DNA of 64,000 nt from Acidimicrobiales bacterium (GTDB taxonomy: Bacteria > Actinomycetota > Acidimicrobiia > Acidimicrobiales > Aldehydirespiratoraceae): the NCBI GenBank assembly GCA_029263215.1, contig JAJCXY010000053.1, positions 76,417 through 140,416 on the forward strand, read 5' to 3'. Made by a program: the position numbers and the translations under genes. The first letter of the stretch is position 1. Each line of letters opens with the position of its first letter. The notes below the pieces were generated by a model, which was not told the origin of the DNA, did no database searches, and saw only the letters and a program-made list of their open reading frames with translations. Shown here one piece after another: positions 34,635 through 44,498 of the stretch.

Positions 34635-35477
34635 ATGTCCGATGTCGTGAAGGCTGCGATTCTGCAGACAGCGTGGACCGGCGATATGGAGTCGATGATC
34701 GAGTTGCACGAGAAGTATATGGCTGAGGCTGCCGCAGCTGGCACCCAGGTCATGTGCTTCCAGGAACTCTTCTACGGCCCCTATTTCTGCCAGGTCCAAG
34801 ACGCCGAGTTCTACAGCTACGCCGAAGCCATCCCCGATGGTCCCACCACCAAACGCTTCCAGGAAATCGCCGAGAAGTACGGCATGGTGCTGGTGCTGCC
34901 CATGTACGAAGAAGAGCAGCCCGGCGTTCTCTACAACACCGCCGCGGTCATCGACGCCGACGGCAGCTATCTCGGCAAGTACCGCAAGGTCCACATCCCC
35001 CAGGTCAAAGGCTTCTGGGAGAAGTTCTACTTCCGTCCCGGCAACCTCGGCTATCCCGTGTTCGAAACCGCCGTTGGCCGAGTAGCGGTAAACATCTGTT
35101 ACGACCGCCACTTCCCGGAAGGCTGGCGTGCCTTCGGGCTCAACGGTGCCCAGATCGTGTTCAACCCGTCGGCCACCAGCCGCGGCCTGTCTGCCTATCT
35201 GTGGCAACTCGAACAGACCGCGTCGGCCGCCGCCAACATGTACTTCGTCGGTGCGATCAACCGGGTCGGCATCGAGGATCTCGGCGACAACGACTTCTAC
35301 GGCACGTCCTACTTCGCCAACCCACGGGGCCAGTTCGTCGAAGGCACCGCGTCCGACACCGAAGAGGAACTGGTCATCCGCGACCTCGACCTCTCAATGG
35401 TCGACGAGGTTCGTAGCCAGTGGGCCTTCTATCGCGATCGTCGGCCCGACATGTACGGCGTCATCACCGAGGCCTGA
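34635..35477 (+). CDS. Beta-ureidopropionase (N-carbamoyl-beta-amino acid amidohydrolase), nitrilase superfamily
   Basis: This is the C-terminal 280 aa of track ORF 33729..35477, starting at MSDVVKAAILQTAW (ATG 34635). Contains FQELF (Glu), YRKVHIP (Lys) and VNICYDRHFPE (Cys), the nitrilase catalytic triad context. Confidence 0.88.
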   Translation: MSDVVKAAILQTAWTGDMESMIELHEKYMAEAAAAGTQVMCFQELFYGPYFCQVQDAEFYSYAEAIPDGPTTKRFQEIAEKYGMVLVLPMYEEEQPGVLYNTAAVIDADGSYLGKYRKVHIPQVKGFWEKFYFRPGNLGYPVFETAVGRVAVNICYDRHFPEGWRAFGLNGAQIVFNPSATSRGLSAYLWQLEQTASAAANMYFVGAINRVGIEDLGDNDFYGTSYFANPRGQFVEGTASDTEEELVIRDLDLSMVDEVRSQWAFYRDRRPDMYGVITEA

Positions 35478-36766
35478 TGACCATCAACGCAGAACTCCTC
35501 GAGCGTTACAAGGCCGTTCTCCCGTCGTATGTGAAGCCGCTTTACGCGGATCCCATCTCCATCGATCGCGGCGAAGGCGGATACATCTGGGACCTCGAGG
35601 GCGATCGCTACCTCGACTTCTTCGGTGGGGTGCTCACCACCATGATCGGCCACAGCAACCCCGAGGTGGTGGCTGCGGTGCAGACCCAGGCGGCCAAGGT
35701 GATGCACACGTCCACCCTCTATCTCTCGGAGCCGATGATCGAACTGGCCGAGGAGATCGCCGCCGCTTCGGGCATTCCCGACGCCCGGGTGTTCTTCACC
35801 ACCTCGGGCAGTGAAGCCAACGACACCGCCATCCTGCTGGCCACCAGCTACCGCAAATCAAACCAGGTGTTGGCCATGCGCAACAGCTACCACGGGCGCT
35901 CCTTCACCGCTCAGGCCATCACGTCTCATTCGTCGTGGTCGTCCACCAGCCTGTCCGGCCTCTCGGTGAACTTTGTGCAGGGTGCGTACCGGCTGCGGAG
36001 CCCCTTCCGCAACATGGACGACGCCGAGTTCACCGAAGCCTGCGTCGACGATCTCCAACAGGTGATCGACATGATGACTGCGGGCGACGTCGCCTGCCTG
36101 ATTGCCGAACCGATCCAGGGCGTCGGTGGGTTCGCCACCCCGCCCGACGGTTTCTTCGGCAGCCTCCAGAAGGTGCTGTCCAACCACGGCATCTTGTTCG
36201 TGAGCGACGAGGTGCAAACCGGCTGGGGCCGCACCGGCGAACATTTCTGGGGTTATCAGGCTCACGACATCGTGCCCGACATGCTCACCTTCGCCAAGGG
36301 AGTCGGCAACGGGATCACCCTCGCCGGCATCGTGGCGCGGGCCGAGATCACCGACACGATCACAGCCCACTCGTTCAGCACGTTCGGCGGCAACCCCCTG
36401 TCGGCCTCCGCAGGCTTGGCCACCCTGCGCTATGTGAAGAACAACGACCTCCAGGGTAACGCGCTCGCGATGGGTGCCCGGCTCGCCGGGGGCCTTCGGC
36501 CCGCCGTCGATCGCACCGACTGGATAGCCGAACTCCGCGGCAAGGGCCTGATGCAGGCCATCGAGATGGTGCAACCCGGCACCACCGAACCCGACCCCGA
36601 CAGGGCCAACGCGATCCTCGAAGGATGCAAGGATCGGGGCCTGCTCGTGGGCAAGGGCGGGCTCTATGGCAATGTCATACGCATCACACCGATGCTCGAT
36701 GTGAGCGCCGATGAGATCGACGAAGGCATCGCCGCCCTTGTCGAGACGATCGACTCGATCCAATAG
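35477..36766 (+). CDS. Class III (omega) aminotransferase, a probable beta-alanine/beta-aminoisobutyrate aminotransferase
   Basis: ORF 35420..36766, with the start placed at MTINAELLERY (ATG 35477), which overlaps the upstream TGA by 1 nt (TGATG). Contains SGSEANDTA, DEVQTGWGRTG and TFAKGVGNG. Confidence 0.88.
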   Translation: MTINAELLERYKAVLPSYVKPLYADPISIDRGEGGYIWDLEGDRYLDFFGGVLTTMIGHSNPEVVAAVQTQAAKVMHTSTLYLSEPMIELAEEIAAASGIPDARVFFTTSGSEANDTAILLATSYRKSNQVLAMRNSYHGRSFTAQAITSHSSWSSTSLSGLSVNFVQGAYRLRSPFRNMDDAEFTEACVDDLQQVIDMMTAGDVACLIAEPIQGVGGFATPPDGFFGSLQKVLSNHGILFVSDEVQTGWGRTGEHFWGYQAHDIVPDMLTFAKGVGNGITLAGIVARAEITDTITAHSFSTFGGNPLSASAGLATLRYVKNNDLQGNALAMGARLAGGLRPAVDRTDWIAELRGKGLMQAIEMVQPGTTEPDPDRANAILEGCKDRGLLVGKGGLYGNVIRITPMLDVSADEIDEGIAALVETIDSIQ

Positions 36767-36775
36767 GAGGTCATC

Positions 36776-38188
36776 ATGACAACACTCATCAAGAACGGAA
36801 CGGTCATCACCTCGACCGGTGCCGATCCGGCCGACGTTCTCATCGATGGTGAGCAGATCGCCGCGGTCCTGCAGCCCGGCTCCGAGGTTGCGGCCGCGGC
36901 CGAGCGTGGCGCGGAGAAGGTCATCGATGCCAAAGGTCTCTATGTGATCCCCGGCGGGGTCGATGGCCACACCCACATGGAGCTTCCGTTCGGCGGCACC
37001 TATGCATCCGACGATTTCGAAAACGGCACCCGCGCCGCGGCGTGGGGTGGCACCACCACCATCGTCGATTTTGCGGTGCAGACCGAAGGCGCCAGCGTGC
37101 GCGCCTGTCTCGATGAATGGTTTGCCAAGGCCGAGGGCAACTGTGCCATCGACTACGGCTTCCACCAGATCATCGGTGGAGTCGACGACCAGTCCCTGAA
37201 GGACATGGATGCCCTCGTGCAGGAAGGCATCACCAGCTTCAAGCTCTTCATGGCCTACCCCGGAGTGTTCTATTCCGACGACGGCAAGATCCTGCGGGCC
37301 ATGCAACAAGCTGCCGGCAACGGCTCCTTGATAATGATGCACGCCGAAAACGGTATCGCCATCGATCTGCTGGCCGAGCAGGCCGTGGAGCGGGGCGAGA
37401 CCGCCCCCATCAACCACGGCCTCGTGCGGCGGGCCGAGCTCGAAGGCGAAGCCACCCACCGCGCCATCCAGCTGGCCAAGGTCGGGGCCTGCCCGCTCTA
37501 CATCGTGCACCTTTCGGCTTCGGAGGCCCTCGAGCAGGTGATGATGGCGCGCGACAAGGGCGCCAACGTATTCGCCGAGACCTGCCCCCAGTACCTCTAC
37601 CTCAACGTCGAGGATCATCTGGGTAAGCCCGGCTTCGACGGGGCCGGCTACGTCTGCTCCACCCCCCTGCGCACCAAGCATGCCCACCATCACGAGGATC
37701 TCTGGAAGGGTCTTCGCACCAACGATCTCAGCGTGGTCGCCACCGACCACTGCCCCTTCTGCATGAAGGACCAAAAGGAGCTCGGGGTCGACGATTTCCG
37801 GGCCATTCCCAACGGCATCGGCGGGGTCGAGCATCGTATGGACCTGCTCTACCAGGGTGTGGTCAACGGCGAGATCTCCCTGCCCCGCTGGGTCGAACTG
37901 TGTGCCACCACCCCGGCCCGCATGTTCGGTCTCTACCCCCGCAAGGGCACCATCCAGCCCGGCGCCGATGCCGACATCGTGCTCTACGACCCCAACCACA
38001 CCTGGAGCATCAGCGTCGACAACCACCACATGAACATGGACTACTCGGCCTATGAAGGCATCGAGATCAACGGCCATGTCCACACCGTGATGTCGCGGGG
38101 CCGCACCATCATCGAAAACGACACCTACACCGGCTCGACCGGCCACGGCCAATACCTGCGCCGCGGCTTGTCGCAGTACCTCATCTGA
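36776..38188 (+). CDS. hydA: Dihydropyrimidinase (D-hydantoinase)
   Basis: 470-aa ORF. Contains GGVDGHTHMELPF, the FKLFMAY carboxylated-Lys context, MMHAENG and VATDHCPF. Confidence 0.92.
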   Translation: MTTLIKNGTVITSTGADPADVLIDGEQIAAVLQPGSEVAAAAERGAEKVIDAKGLYVIPGGVDGHTHMELPFGGTYASDDFENGTRAAAWGGTTTIVDFAVQTEGASVRACLDEWFAKAEGNCAIDYGFHQIIGGVDDQSLKDMDALVQEGITSFKLFMAYPGVFYSDDGKILRAMQQAAGNGSLIMMHAENGIAIDLLAEQAVERGETAPINHGLVRRAELEGEATHRAIQLAKVGACPLYIVHLSASEALEQVMMARDKGANVFAETCPQYLYLNVEDHLGKPGFDGAGYVCSTPLRTKHAHHHEDLWKGLRTNDLSVVATDHCPFCMKDQKELGVDDFRAIPNGIGGVEHRMDLLYQGVVNGEISLPRWVELCATTPARMFGLYPRKGTIQPGADADIVLYDPNHTWSISVDNHHMNMDYSAYEGIEINGHVHTVMSRGRTIIENDTYTGSTGHGQYLRRGLSQYLI

Positions 38189-38241
38189 TCCGGCGATCGC
38201 CGGGCCTCAGCACCACCCTCGCAGGAACCACAGGAGTCCTT

Positions 38242-39729
38242 GTGCACACAATCGGTCATCTAATCGACGGTAAGAGGCTCGACGGCACGTCGGGCCGCAC
38301 CTCTCCGGTCTTCAATCCGGCTACCGGCGAACAGACCGCCGAACTCGCGCTCGCCAGCATCGACGAGGTCGATGCCGCGGTGGCGTCGGCCCAGGCCGCC
38401 TTCGAGGGTTGGGGCCAGGTGAGTGTCGCCCGACGGATCAAGCTGATGCACACGTTTCGCAACCTGGTGGTCGACAACGCAGAGGAAGTCGGCCGCCTCC
38501 TCACCGCCGAGCACGGCAAGGTACTCAGCGACTCCGCGGGCGAAGTGGCCCGCTGTATCGAAAACATCGAGTTCGCCTGCGGGCTGGCCGACCATCTCAA
38601 GGGCAGCCTCAACGAGTCTGCCTCCACCGGAGTCGATGTCTACACGGTGCGTCGGCCCTTGGGTGTGGTGGCCGGCATCACCCCGTTCAACTTCCCGGTG
38701 ATGGTGCCCCTGTGGATGGCCCCCAACGCCATCGCCTGCGGCAACACCTTCGTTTTGAAGCCGTCGGAGCGCGATCCTTCGGCGCCGATGTTCTTGGCCG
38801 AACTCTTCCAGGAGGCGGGCTTCCCGCCCGGAGTTTTCAATGTCGTCAACGGCGACAAGGTTGCGGTCGACCGACTGCTCGAGCATCCCGATGTGAAGGC
38901 TGCGAGTTTCGTGGGCTCCACCCCGATCGCCAGATACGTATACACCACCGGTACGGCTCACGGTAAGCGGATCCAGGCCCTCGGTGGCGCCAAGAACCAC
39001 ATGGTGGTGCTCCCCGACGCCGACATCGACCTTGCCGCCGACTCGGCGGTGTCCGCGGCCTACGGCTCCGCCGGTGAGCGCTGCATGGCCATTTCGGTGG
39101 TCGCCGCGGTTGGCGACGTGGCGGATCCTCTCGTCGACGCCATCAGGGTGCGCATGGAGAAGCTCGTGATCGGCGATGGCACCGATCCCGCCTCGGAGAT
39201 GGGTCCCCTGATCACCCGCGAAGCGCGCGACCGGGTGGCCGGCTACGTCGGCGGGGCCGCCGATGCCGGGGCCGCTGTGGTGGTCGATGGACGCGAAGCG
39301 AGATTCGACAACGAAGGCCATTTCATCGGTGTGAGCCTCCTCGATCACGTCACCACCCAGATGGAGGCCTACAAGGACGAGATCTTCGGTCCTGTCCTCT
39401 GTGTGGTTCGCTGCGACACCTACGCCGAGGCGGTGCAGCTCATCGCCGACAACCCGTGGGGCAACGGGGCCGCCATCTTCACCCGCGACGGTGGAGCGGC
39501 CCGACAGTTCCAACAAGACGCCGATGCCGGCATGTTGGGAATCAACGTGCCGATCCCGGTGCCCGTCGGCTACCACTCCTTCGGGGGTTGGAAAGATTCC
39601 TTGTTCGGCGACATCACGATGTATGGCCCCGAGGGCATCAACTTCTACACCCGGCCCAAGGTGATCACATCGCGGTGGCCGGATCCAGCAGGAAGCTCGG
39701 TTGATCTCGGCTTCCCAACCAACCAATAG
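38242..39729 (+). CDS. mmsA: CoA-acylating (methyl)malonate-semialdehyde dehydrogenase
   Basis: 495-aa ORF with a GTG start. Contains FVLKPSERDP, GGAKNH and GERCMA (catalytic Cys), with an MmsA-type C-terminus. Confidence 0.9.
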   Translation: MHTIGHLIDGKRLDGTSGRTSPVFNPATGEQTAELALASIDEVDAAVASAQAAFEGWGQVSVARRIKLMHTFRNLVVDNAEEVGRLLTAEHGKVLSDSAGEVARCIENIEFACGLADHLKGSLNESASTGVDVYTVRRPLGVVAGITPFNFPVMVPLWMAPNAIACGNTFVLKPSERDPSAPMFLAELFQEAGFPPGVFNVVNGDKVAVDRLLEHPDVKAASFVGSTPIARYVYTTGTAHGKRIQALGGAKNHMVVLPDADIDLAADSAVSAAYGSAGERCMAISVVAAVGDVADPLVDAIRVRMEKLVIGDGTDPASEMGPLITREARDRVAGYVGGAADAGAAVVVDGREARFDNEGHFIGVSLLDHVTTQMEAYKDEIFGPVLCVVRCDTYAEAVQLIADNPWGNGAAIFTRDGGAARQFQQDADAGMLGINVPIPVPVGYHSFGGWKDSLFGDITMYGPEGINFYTRPKVITSRWPDPAGSSVDLGFPTNQ

Positions 39730-39734
39730 GAGAC

Positions 39735-40748
39735 ATGGGGGACATGGGGATGGACTACGGAGTTGTACTTCAGAACGATCCGCCGGCCTGGCGGGTCGTC
39801 GACCTGGCCAAGAAGGCCGAGACGCTGGGCTTCAGTTATGGCTGGACCTTCGACAGCCATGTGTTGTGGCAGGAGCCCTACGTCGTCTACAGCCAGATCC
39901 TGTCGGCCACCAACCGGATGATCGTCGGCCCGATGGTCACCAACCCAGGCACCCGCAACCCCACCGTCACCGCCAGCACTTTCGCCACCCTCAACGACAT
40001 GTTCGGCGACCGCACCGTCTGTGGAATCGGGCGAGGCGATTCCGCCATGCGGGTACTTGGTCACAAGCCCAAGAACCTGGCCACTCTGAGCGATTCCATG
40101 CGGGTCATCAAGGACCTCGCCGAGGGCCGCGAGACCACCTACAACGGCACGACCCAACAATTCCCATGGGCCAAGGACTCTTCGCTCAAGGTGCTCATGG
40201 CCGCTTATGGGCCCCGGGCGCTCAAGATGTGCGGAAGCGAGACCGACGGCTTCATCCTCCAGCTGGCCGATCCCACCATCGCCGAATGGATGATCGCTGC
40301 GGTACGCCAGGCTGCCGAAGAGGCCGGGCGCAACCCCGACGACCTCTACATCTGCGTGGCAGCCCCCGCCTATGTCGGCTCCGACATCGAGCACCAGCGC
40401 GACCAGTGCCGCTGGTTCGGAGGCATGGTGGGCAACCATGTGGCCGACCTGGTGGAGCGTTACGGCGGTGGGGGTGGCATCCCCCAGGCGCTCACCGACT
40501 ACATCAAGGGCCGTGAGGGCTACGACTACAGCGGGCACGGCAAAGCCGGCCACGACCACACCGACTTCGTCCCCGACGAGATCATCGATCGTTTCTGCCT
40601 CCTCGGCGACGAAGATGCGCACATTGCGAAGCTGAAGCAACTCGAAGCGCTCGGAGTCGACCAGTTCGCCATCTACTTGATGCACGACCAGAAGGACGAA
40701 ACCCTCAACGCCTACGGCCAACGCATCATCCCCGCCATGGCCGGCTAG
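39735..40748 (+). CDS. LLM-class oxidoreductase. From memory it resembles the F420-dependent TIGR03842-type family. The cofactor cannot be proven from the sequence.
   Basis: 337-aa ORF starting 5 nt after the mmsA stop. The luciferase-like TIM-barrel N-terminus is FSYGWTFDSHVLWQEP...GPMVTNPGTRNP...GIGRGDSA. Confidence 0.8.
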   Translation: MGDMGMDYGVVLQNDPPAWRVVDLAKKAETLGFSYGWTFDSHVLWQEPYVVYSQILSATNRMIVGPMVTNPGTRNPTVTASTFATLNDMFGDRTVCGIGRGDSAMRVLGHKPKNLATLSDSMRVIKDLAEGRETTYNGTTQQFPWAKDSSLKVLMAAYGPRALKMCGSETDGFILQLADPTIAEWMIAAVRQAAEEAGRNPDDLYICVAAPAYVGSDIEHQRDQCRWFGGMVGNHVADLVERYGGGGGIPQALTDYIKGREGYDYSGHGKAGHDHTDFVPDEIIDRFCLLGDEDAHIAKLKQLEALGVDQFAIYLMHDQKDETLNAYGQRIIPAMAG

Positions 40749-40850
40749 CGGCGGGTCTGGATCATCGATTCTTCCCCCGATCCGATCGACGATCCGCTCG
40801 TCAAGGAACAACTGATCAGCCAGCGCGCCGCGAGCGAAGACCGCCTCGAC

Positions 40851-41735
40851 ATGCTGCAGCGCGTCACCCGTCAGGTGGTGGTGTTCGCGGTCTTCGTGGT
40901 GCTGATGGGCTTCGCGTACTCCGGCTACAAGGCATTCGGCCAGTCGATCGACGACAAGCAGCACGACTGGTGGGCGGTCGGGTCGGTGCTGCCCCGCACC
41001 GACGATCTCAACATGCCGCCCATCCTCGACATCCTGGCGGAGTTCAATGTGATTCAGGGCGGCACCGACAAGGTGCTCGGTCGTCTCCTGTTCGAGGAGT
41101 CACTCTTCACCCTTCGCGAAGCCGCCCTCGGGTTCGCGGTCGGAACCGTCGTAGGAATGGGCATCGCCATGGCGTTGGCCCGCTCGAAGCCCCTCGAACG
41201 GGGACTGTTGCCCTATGTGGTGGCCAGCCAGACGATCCCCCTGATCGCCATCGCCCCCATCGTCGTCATATGGGGCCGCAAGAATGTCGACTTCATGCCT
41301 TGGGAGTGGCAGGACTGGATGTCGGTGTCGATCATCGCCACCTTCCTCACCTTTTTCCCGGTCGCGGTCAACGGGCTCAGGGGACTCCAGTCGCCCCGGC
41401 CCGAGAATTTGGAGCTGATGGAGTCGTACGCCGCGAGCTGGAACCAGACCCTGTGGCGACTACGTCTTCCCGCATCGGTGCCCTACCTGTTCGCGGCCCT
41501 GAAGATAGCGGCTACCGCGAGCATCGTGGGTGCCATCGTCGGTGAGATCTCCGCCGGGGTCGGCGGGGGGCTCGGCCGCCGGATATTCCTCGAGGCCCAG
41601 CGCTACACCACCGGTCCCGAACGTCTCTACGCGTCGGTGATCGGTTCGGCGATCCTCGGCATTTTCGTATTTCTTGTGATTACCGGCGTCGAGCGACTCG
41701 TGCTCGGCCATCAAGGCCGGGAGGCTGTTACATGA
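40851..41735 (+). CDS. ABC transporter permease (NitT/TauT family)
   Basis: 294-aa ORF with multiple TM helices and the EAA-like loop ESYAASWNQTLWRLRLPASVPYLFAALK. Confidence 0.85.
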   Translation: MLQRVTRQVVVFAVFVVLMGFAYSGYKAFGQSIDDKQHDWWAVGSVLPRTDDLNMPPILDILAEFNVIQGGTDKVLGRLLFEESLFTLREAALGFAVGTVVGMGIAMALARSKPLERGLLPYVVASQTIPLIAIAPIVVIWGRKNVDFMPWEWQDWMSVSIIATFLTFFPVAVNGLRGLQSPRPENLELMESYAASWNQTLWRLRLPASVPYLFAALKIAATASIVGAIVGEISAGVGGGLGRRIFLEAQRYTTGPERLYASVIGSAILGIFVFLVITGVERLVLGHQGREAVT

Positions 41736-42508
41736 GTGCCCACGCAGTAGCGGTGAAGGCTGCATCGAAGGTCTTCAATCAGGGGAAGAGCAACGAGGTC
41801 CACGCCCTCGACGAAATCGATCTCACCGTGGAGGACGGCGAATTCATCACCCTCATCGGTCCTTCCGGGTGTGGCAAGAGCACCTTGCTGAGGCTCATAG
41901 CCGCCCTCACCGAGCCCACGGGCGGAGAGGTCGAGGTGAAGGGGAAGTCGGCCGAGCAGGCCCGCCTCGATCAGGACTACGGGATGGCATTTCAGCGGGC
42001 CGGACTCTTCGACTGGCGCACCGTTTCCAAAAACATCGAACTCCCGTTGGAGTTGATGGGGTGGAGTCGCGGCGACCGGGTTCGTCGAGCAGGAGAGATG
42101 CTCGAGTTGGTGAAGCTCCCGGAGTTCGGTGGCCATCACCCTTCTGAGCTCTCAGGCGGCATGCAGCAGCGCGTGGCCATCGCCAGGTCCTTGGCCTTCA
42201 GCCCATCGCTGCTGCTCATGGACGAGCCGTTCGGTGCTCTCGACGAGATGACCCGCGAGCACATGCAGGACGAACTCCTTCGCATCTGGTCCGAGACCCA
42301 CACCACGGTGGTGTTCGTCACCCACTCGATCCCTGAGGCTGCATATCTGTCGTCGAGGGTGGTGGTGATGTCGCCGCGGCCGGGGCGAATCGCCACGATC
42401 GTCGACGTCGATCTCGGCGACCGCAGCGACGACACCAGGGAGGATCCCGCCTTCTTCGAGAAGGTCACCGAGGTCCGTGAGGCGCTGAGGGCGGTGGAAT
42501 CGGCGTGA
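41732..42508 (+). CDS. ABC transporter ATP-binding protein (NitT/TauT family)
   Basis: 258-aa ORF. Contains GPSGCGKST, LSGGMQQRVAIARSL and LLMDEPFGALD. It overlaps the upstream stop (ATGA). Confidence 0.9.
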   Translation: MSAHAVAVKAASKVFNQGKSNEVHALDEIDLTVEDGEFITLIGPSGCGKSTLLRLIAALTEPTGGEVEVKGKSAEQARLDQDYGMAFQRAGLFDWRTVSKNIELPLELMGWSRGDRVRRAGEMLELVKLPEFGGHHPSELSGGMQQRVAIARSLAFSPSLLLMDEPFGALDEMTREHMQDELLRIWSETHTTVVFVTHSIPEAAYLSSRVVVMSPRPGRIATIVDVDLGDRSDDTREDPAFFEKVTEVREALRAVESA

Positions 42509-43296
42509 CCCAGATTCTCGGACGGCTCAGACGATCGACGGCACCGGTCATAGCCGGAGTTGTCATCGTGGTCGGCTGGGAGTTGGCCCTGCTCATCCTC
42601 AACCCGGGTGGCTTCGTTCTCCCACCACCGAGTGACATCATCGGAGCGGTGTTCGAAAATTGGAGCGAGGTCTTCGATGCGGCACGAAACACCGGCTTCA
42701 TCATCGTCACCGGGCTCGTGGTGGGCGTTCTCGTCGGCGTCGCGGCGGCCCTTCTCGTCACCCGGTTCCGGCTGGCCAACGAGGTCATCACCCCGCTCGC
42801 GGTCTCGCTGAACGCGGTGCCGATCATCGCTCTGGCCCCGATTTTCAATGCCTGGTTCGGGCTGCTGAGTCCACGGTCGAATCAGGCGATCGTGGTGGTG
42901 CTGGTGTTCTTTCCCATCTTCATCAACACGGCCAAGGGACTGACCCAGGTCGAGCCGAGTCAGATAGAGCTGATGGAGTCGTATGCCGCCGGCAAGTGGA
43001 CGATCACTCGTGAGGTCCGTATCCCCAACGCCATGCCGTTCTTCTTCACCGCTCTGAAGCTCTCGACTTCGCTGGCGGTGATCGCGGCCATCGTGGCGGA
43101 GTACTTCGGCGGCCGACAAGACGCTCTCGGTCCGCTCATCACCCAGTCGGCGGGGCTCACGCGATACGCGGATGCTTGGGCCGCGGTGTTGGCCGGCACC
43201 GTCATCGGCGGCATGCTCTACGTCTTGACGGGCGCCCTCGAAAGGGTGGCCATGCCGTGGCACACTTCGATGCGTGCCGATCAACAATCGAACTAG
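42505..43296 (+). CDS. ABC transporter permease (NitT/TauT family), second subunit
   Basis: 263-aa ORF with a GTG start overlapping the upstream stop. The EAA-like loop is ESYAAGKWTITREVRIPNAMPFFFTALK. Confidence 0.85.
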   Translation: MTQILGRLRRSTAPVIAGVVIVVGWELALLILNPGGFVLPPPSDIIGAVFENWSEVFDAARNTGFIIVTGLVVGVLVGVAAALLVTRFRLANEVITPLAVSLNAVPIIALAPIFNAWFGLLSPRSNQAIVVVLVFFPIFINTAKGLTQVEPSQIELMESYAAGKWTITREVRIPNAMPFFFTALKLSTSLAVIAAIVAEYFGGRQDALGPLITQSAGLTRYADAWAAVLAGTVIGGMLYVLTGALERVAMPWHTSMRADQQSN

Positions 43297-43323
43297 GAAA
43301 AGGTCCCAATAGGAGGGGTAGTT

Positions 43324-44484
43324 ATGAAGAAGAGTCTGTTATGGCGACTACTGGCAGTACTGCTGGTGTTCGGCCTGTTCGCGGCTGCTTGCGGCGACGA
43401 TGACGACGACGGAGCGGCGGCTGGCGATGATGCCGCCGACGACACCGGCGACGATGAGCCCGCGGAGCTCACCGAAGTCGCTCTGCAGCTTCAGTGGGTG
43501 CCCCAGTCCCAGTTCGCCGGCTACTTTGCCGCCGTCGAGCTCGGCTTCTATGAAGATGTCGGCCTCGATGTCACCGTCATCGAGGGTGGTGTCGACATCG
43601 TTCCGGCCACCGTGCTCGATTCGGGCGGCGCCGACTTCGCGATCTCGTGGGTTCCACGCGGCCTCGTGCCTCGTGAAGAGGGCCTCAACATCACCAACAT
43701 CGCCCAGGTGTTCCAGCGCAGCGGCACCCTCCAGGTGTCGTTCGCCGATTCGGGGATCAACTCCGTTGATGATCTCGAAGGCAAGAACGTCGGCAACTGG
43801 GGCTTCGGTAACGAGTTCGAGCTGTTCGCGGGACTGGTGAGTGCGGGTCTCGATCCCACTGGCGACGTCACCCTGGTTCAACAGGACTTCAACATGACCG
43901 CCCTCATCAACGGCGACATCGATGCTGCTCAGGCGATGATCTACAACGAGTACGCACAGCTACTCGAGACGATAAATCCCGACACTGGTGAACTGTTCCA
44001 GCCCGAGGATCTCACCATCATCGACTGGAACGATGTGGGCACCGCCATGCTCAATGATGCGATCTGGGCTGATGCCGATCGCCTCGAGGATGATGCCGAC
44101 TACCGGGCCACCGCAGTGGCCTTCGTCGAGGCTTCGCTAAAGGGTTGGGCCCATTGCCGCGACAACCCCCAGGAGTGCACCGACATTGTGGTCGGGGTTG
44201 GCACCCCGTTCGGCGGCCCTGCCCATCAGGCCTGGATGATGAACGAGGTCAATGCTCTGATCTGGCCGTCACCGGGTGGTGTGGGCGTCATGGACGATGC
44301 CCTCTACGCCCAGACGGTCGACATCGCCACCAGTCAAGGGATCCTGGCCTCGGCTCCCGACGACGGAGCCTTCCGCACCGACATCGCCGAGGAGGCGGTG
44401 GCCAACCTCGAAGCCCAGGGCATCGACGTGACCGGTACAGGATTCACCAAGGGAGTGGTCGAGATCGCGGAGGGCGGCGAGTAG
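43324..44484 (+). CDS. ABC transporter substrate-binding lipoprotein (NMT1/THI5-like)
   Basis: 386-aa ORF with lipobox LFAAAC followed by an acidic linker. Contains LQLQWVPQSQFAGYFAA, typical of NMT1/SsuA-like binding proteins. Confidence 0.85.
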   Translation: MKKSLLWRLLAVLLVFGLFAAACGDDDDDGAAAGDDAADDTGDDEPAELTEVALQLQWVPQSQFAGYFAAVELGFYEDVGLDVTVIEGGVDIVPATVLDSGGADFAISWVPRGLVPREEGLNITNIAQVFQRSGTLQVSFADSGINSVDDLEGKNVGNWGFGNEFELFAGLVSAGLDPTGDVTLVQQDFNMTALINGDIDAAQAMIYNEYAQLLETINPDTGELFQPEDLTIIDWNDVGTAMLNDAIWADADRLEDDADYRATAVAFVEASLKGWAHCRDNPQECTDIVVGVGTPFGGPAHQAWMMNEVNALIWPSPGGVGVMDDALYAQTVDIATSQGILASAPDDGAFRTDIAEEAVANLEAQGIDVTGTGFTKGVVEIAEGGE

Positions 44485-44498
44485 CCCAAGACCTGAAG

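Noticed and set aside
35858-38152. A very long ORF (764 aa) on the minus strand, the longest in the track.
   Set aside because: It lies antisense to the well-supported aminotransferase and dihydropyrimidinase genes. Its composition is Gly/Ala/Val/Asp/His-rich with no recognisable motifs, which is the classic shadow ORF of a high-GC genome. The same reasoning applies to 38260..39726(-), 39645..40964(-), 56973..59198(+), 58816..60513(+), 11337..12632(+), 6316..7446(-), 52281..53441(-), 61188..62150(-), 12605..13504(+) and 29861..30649(+).
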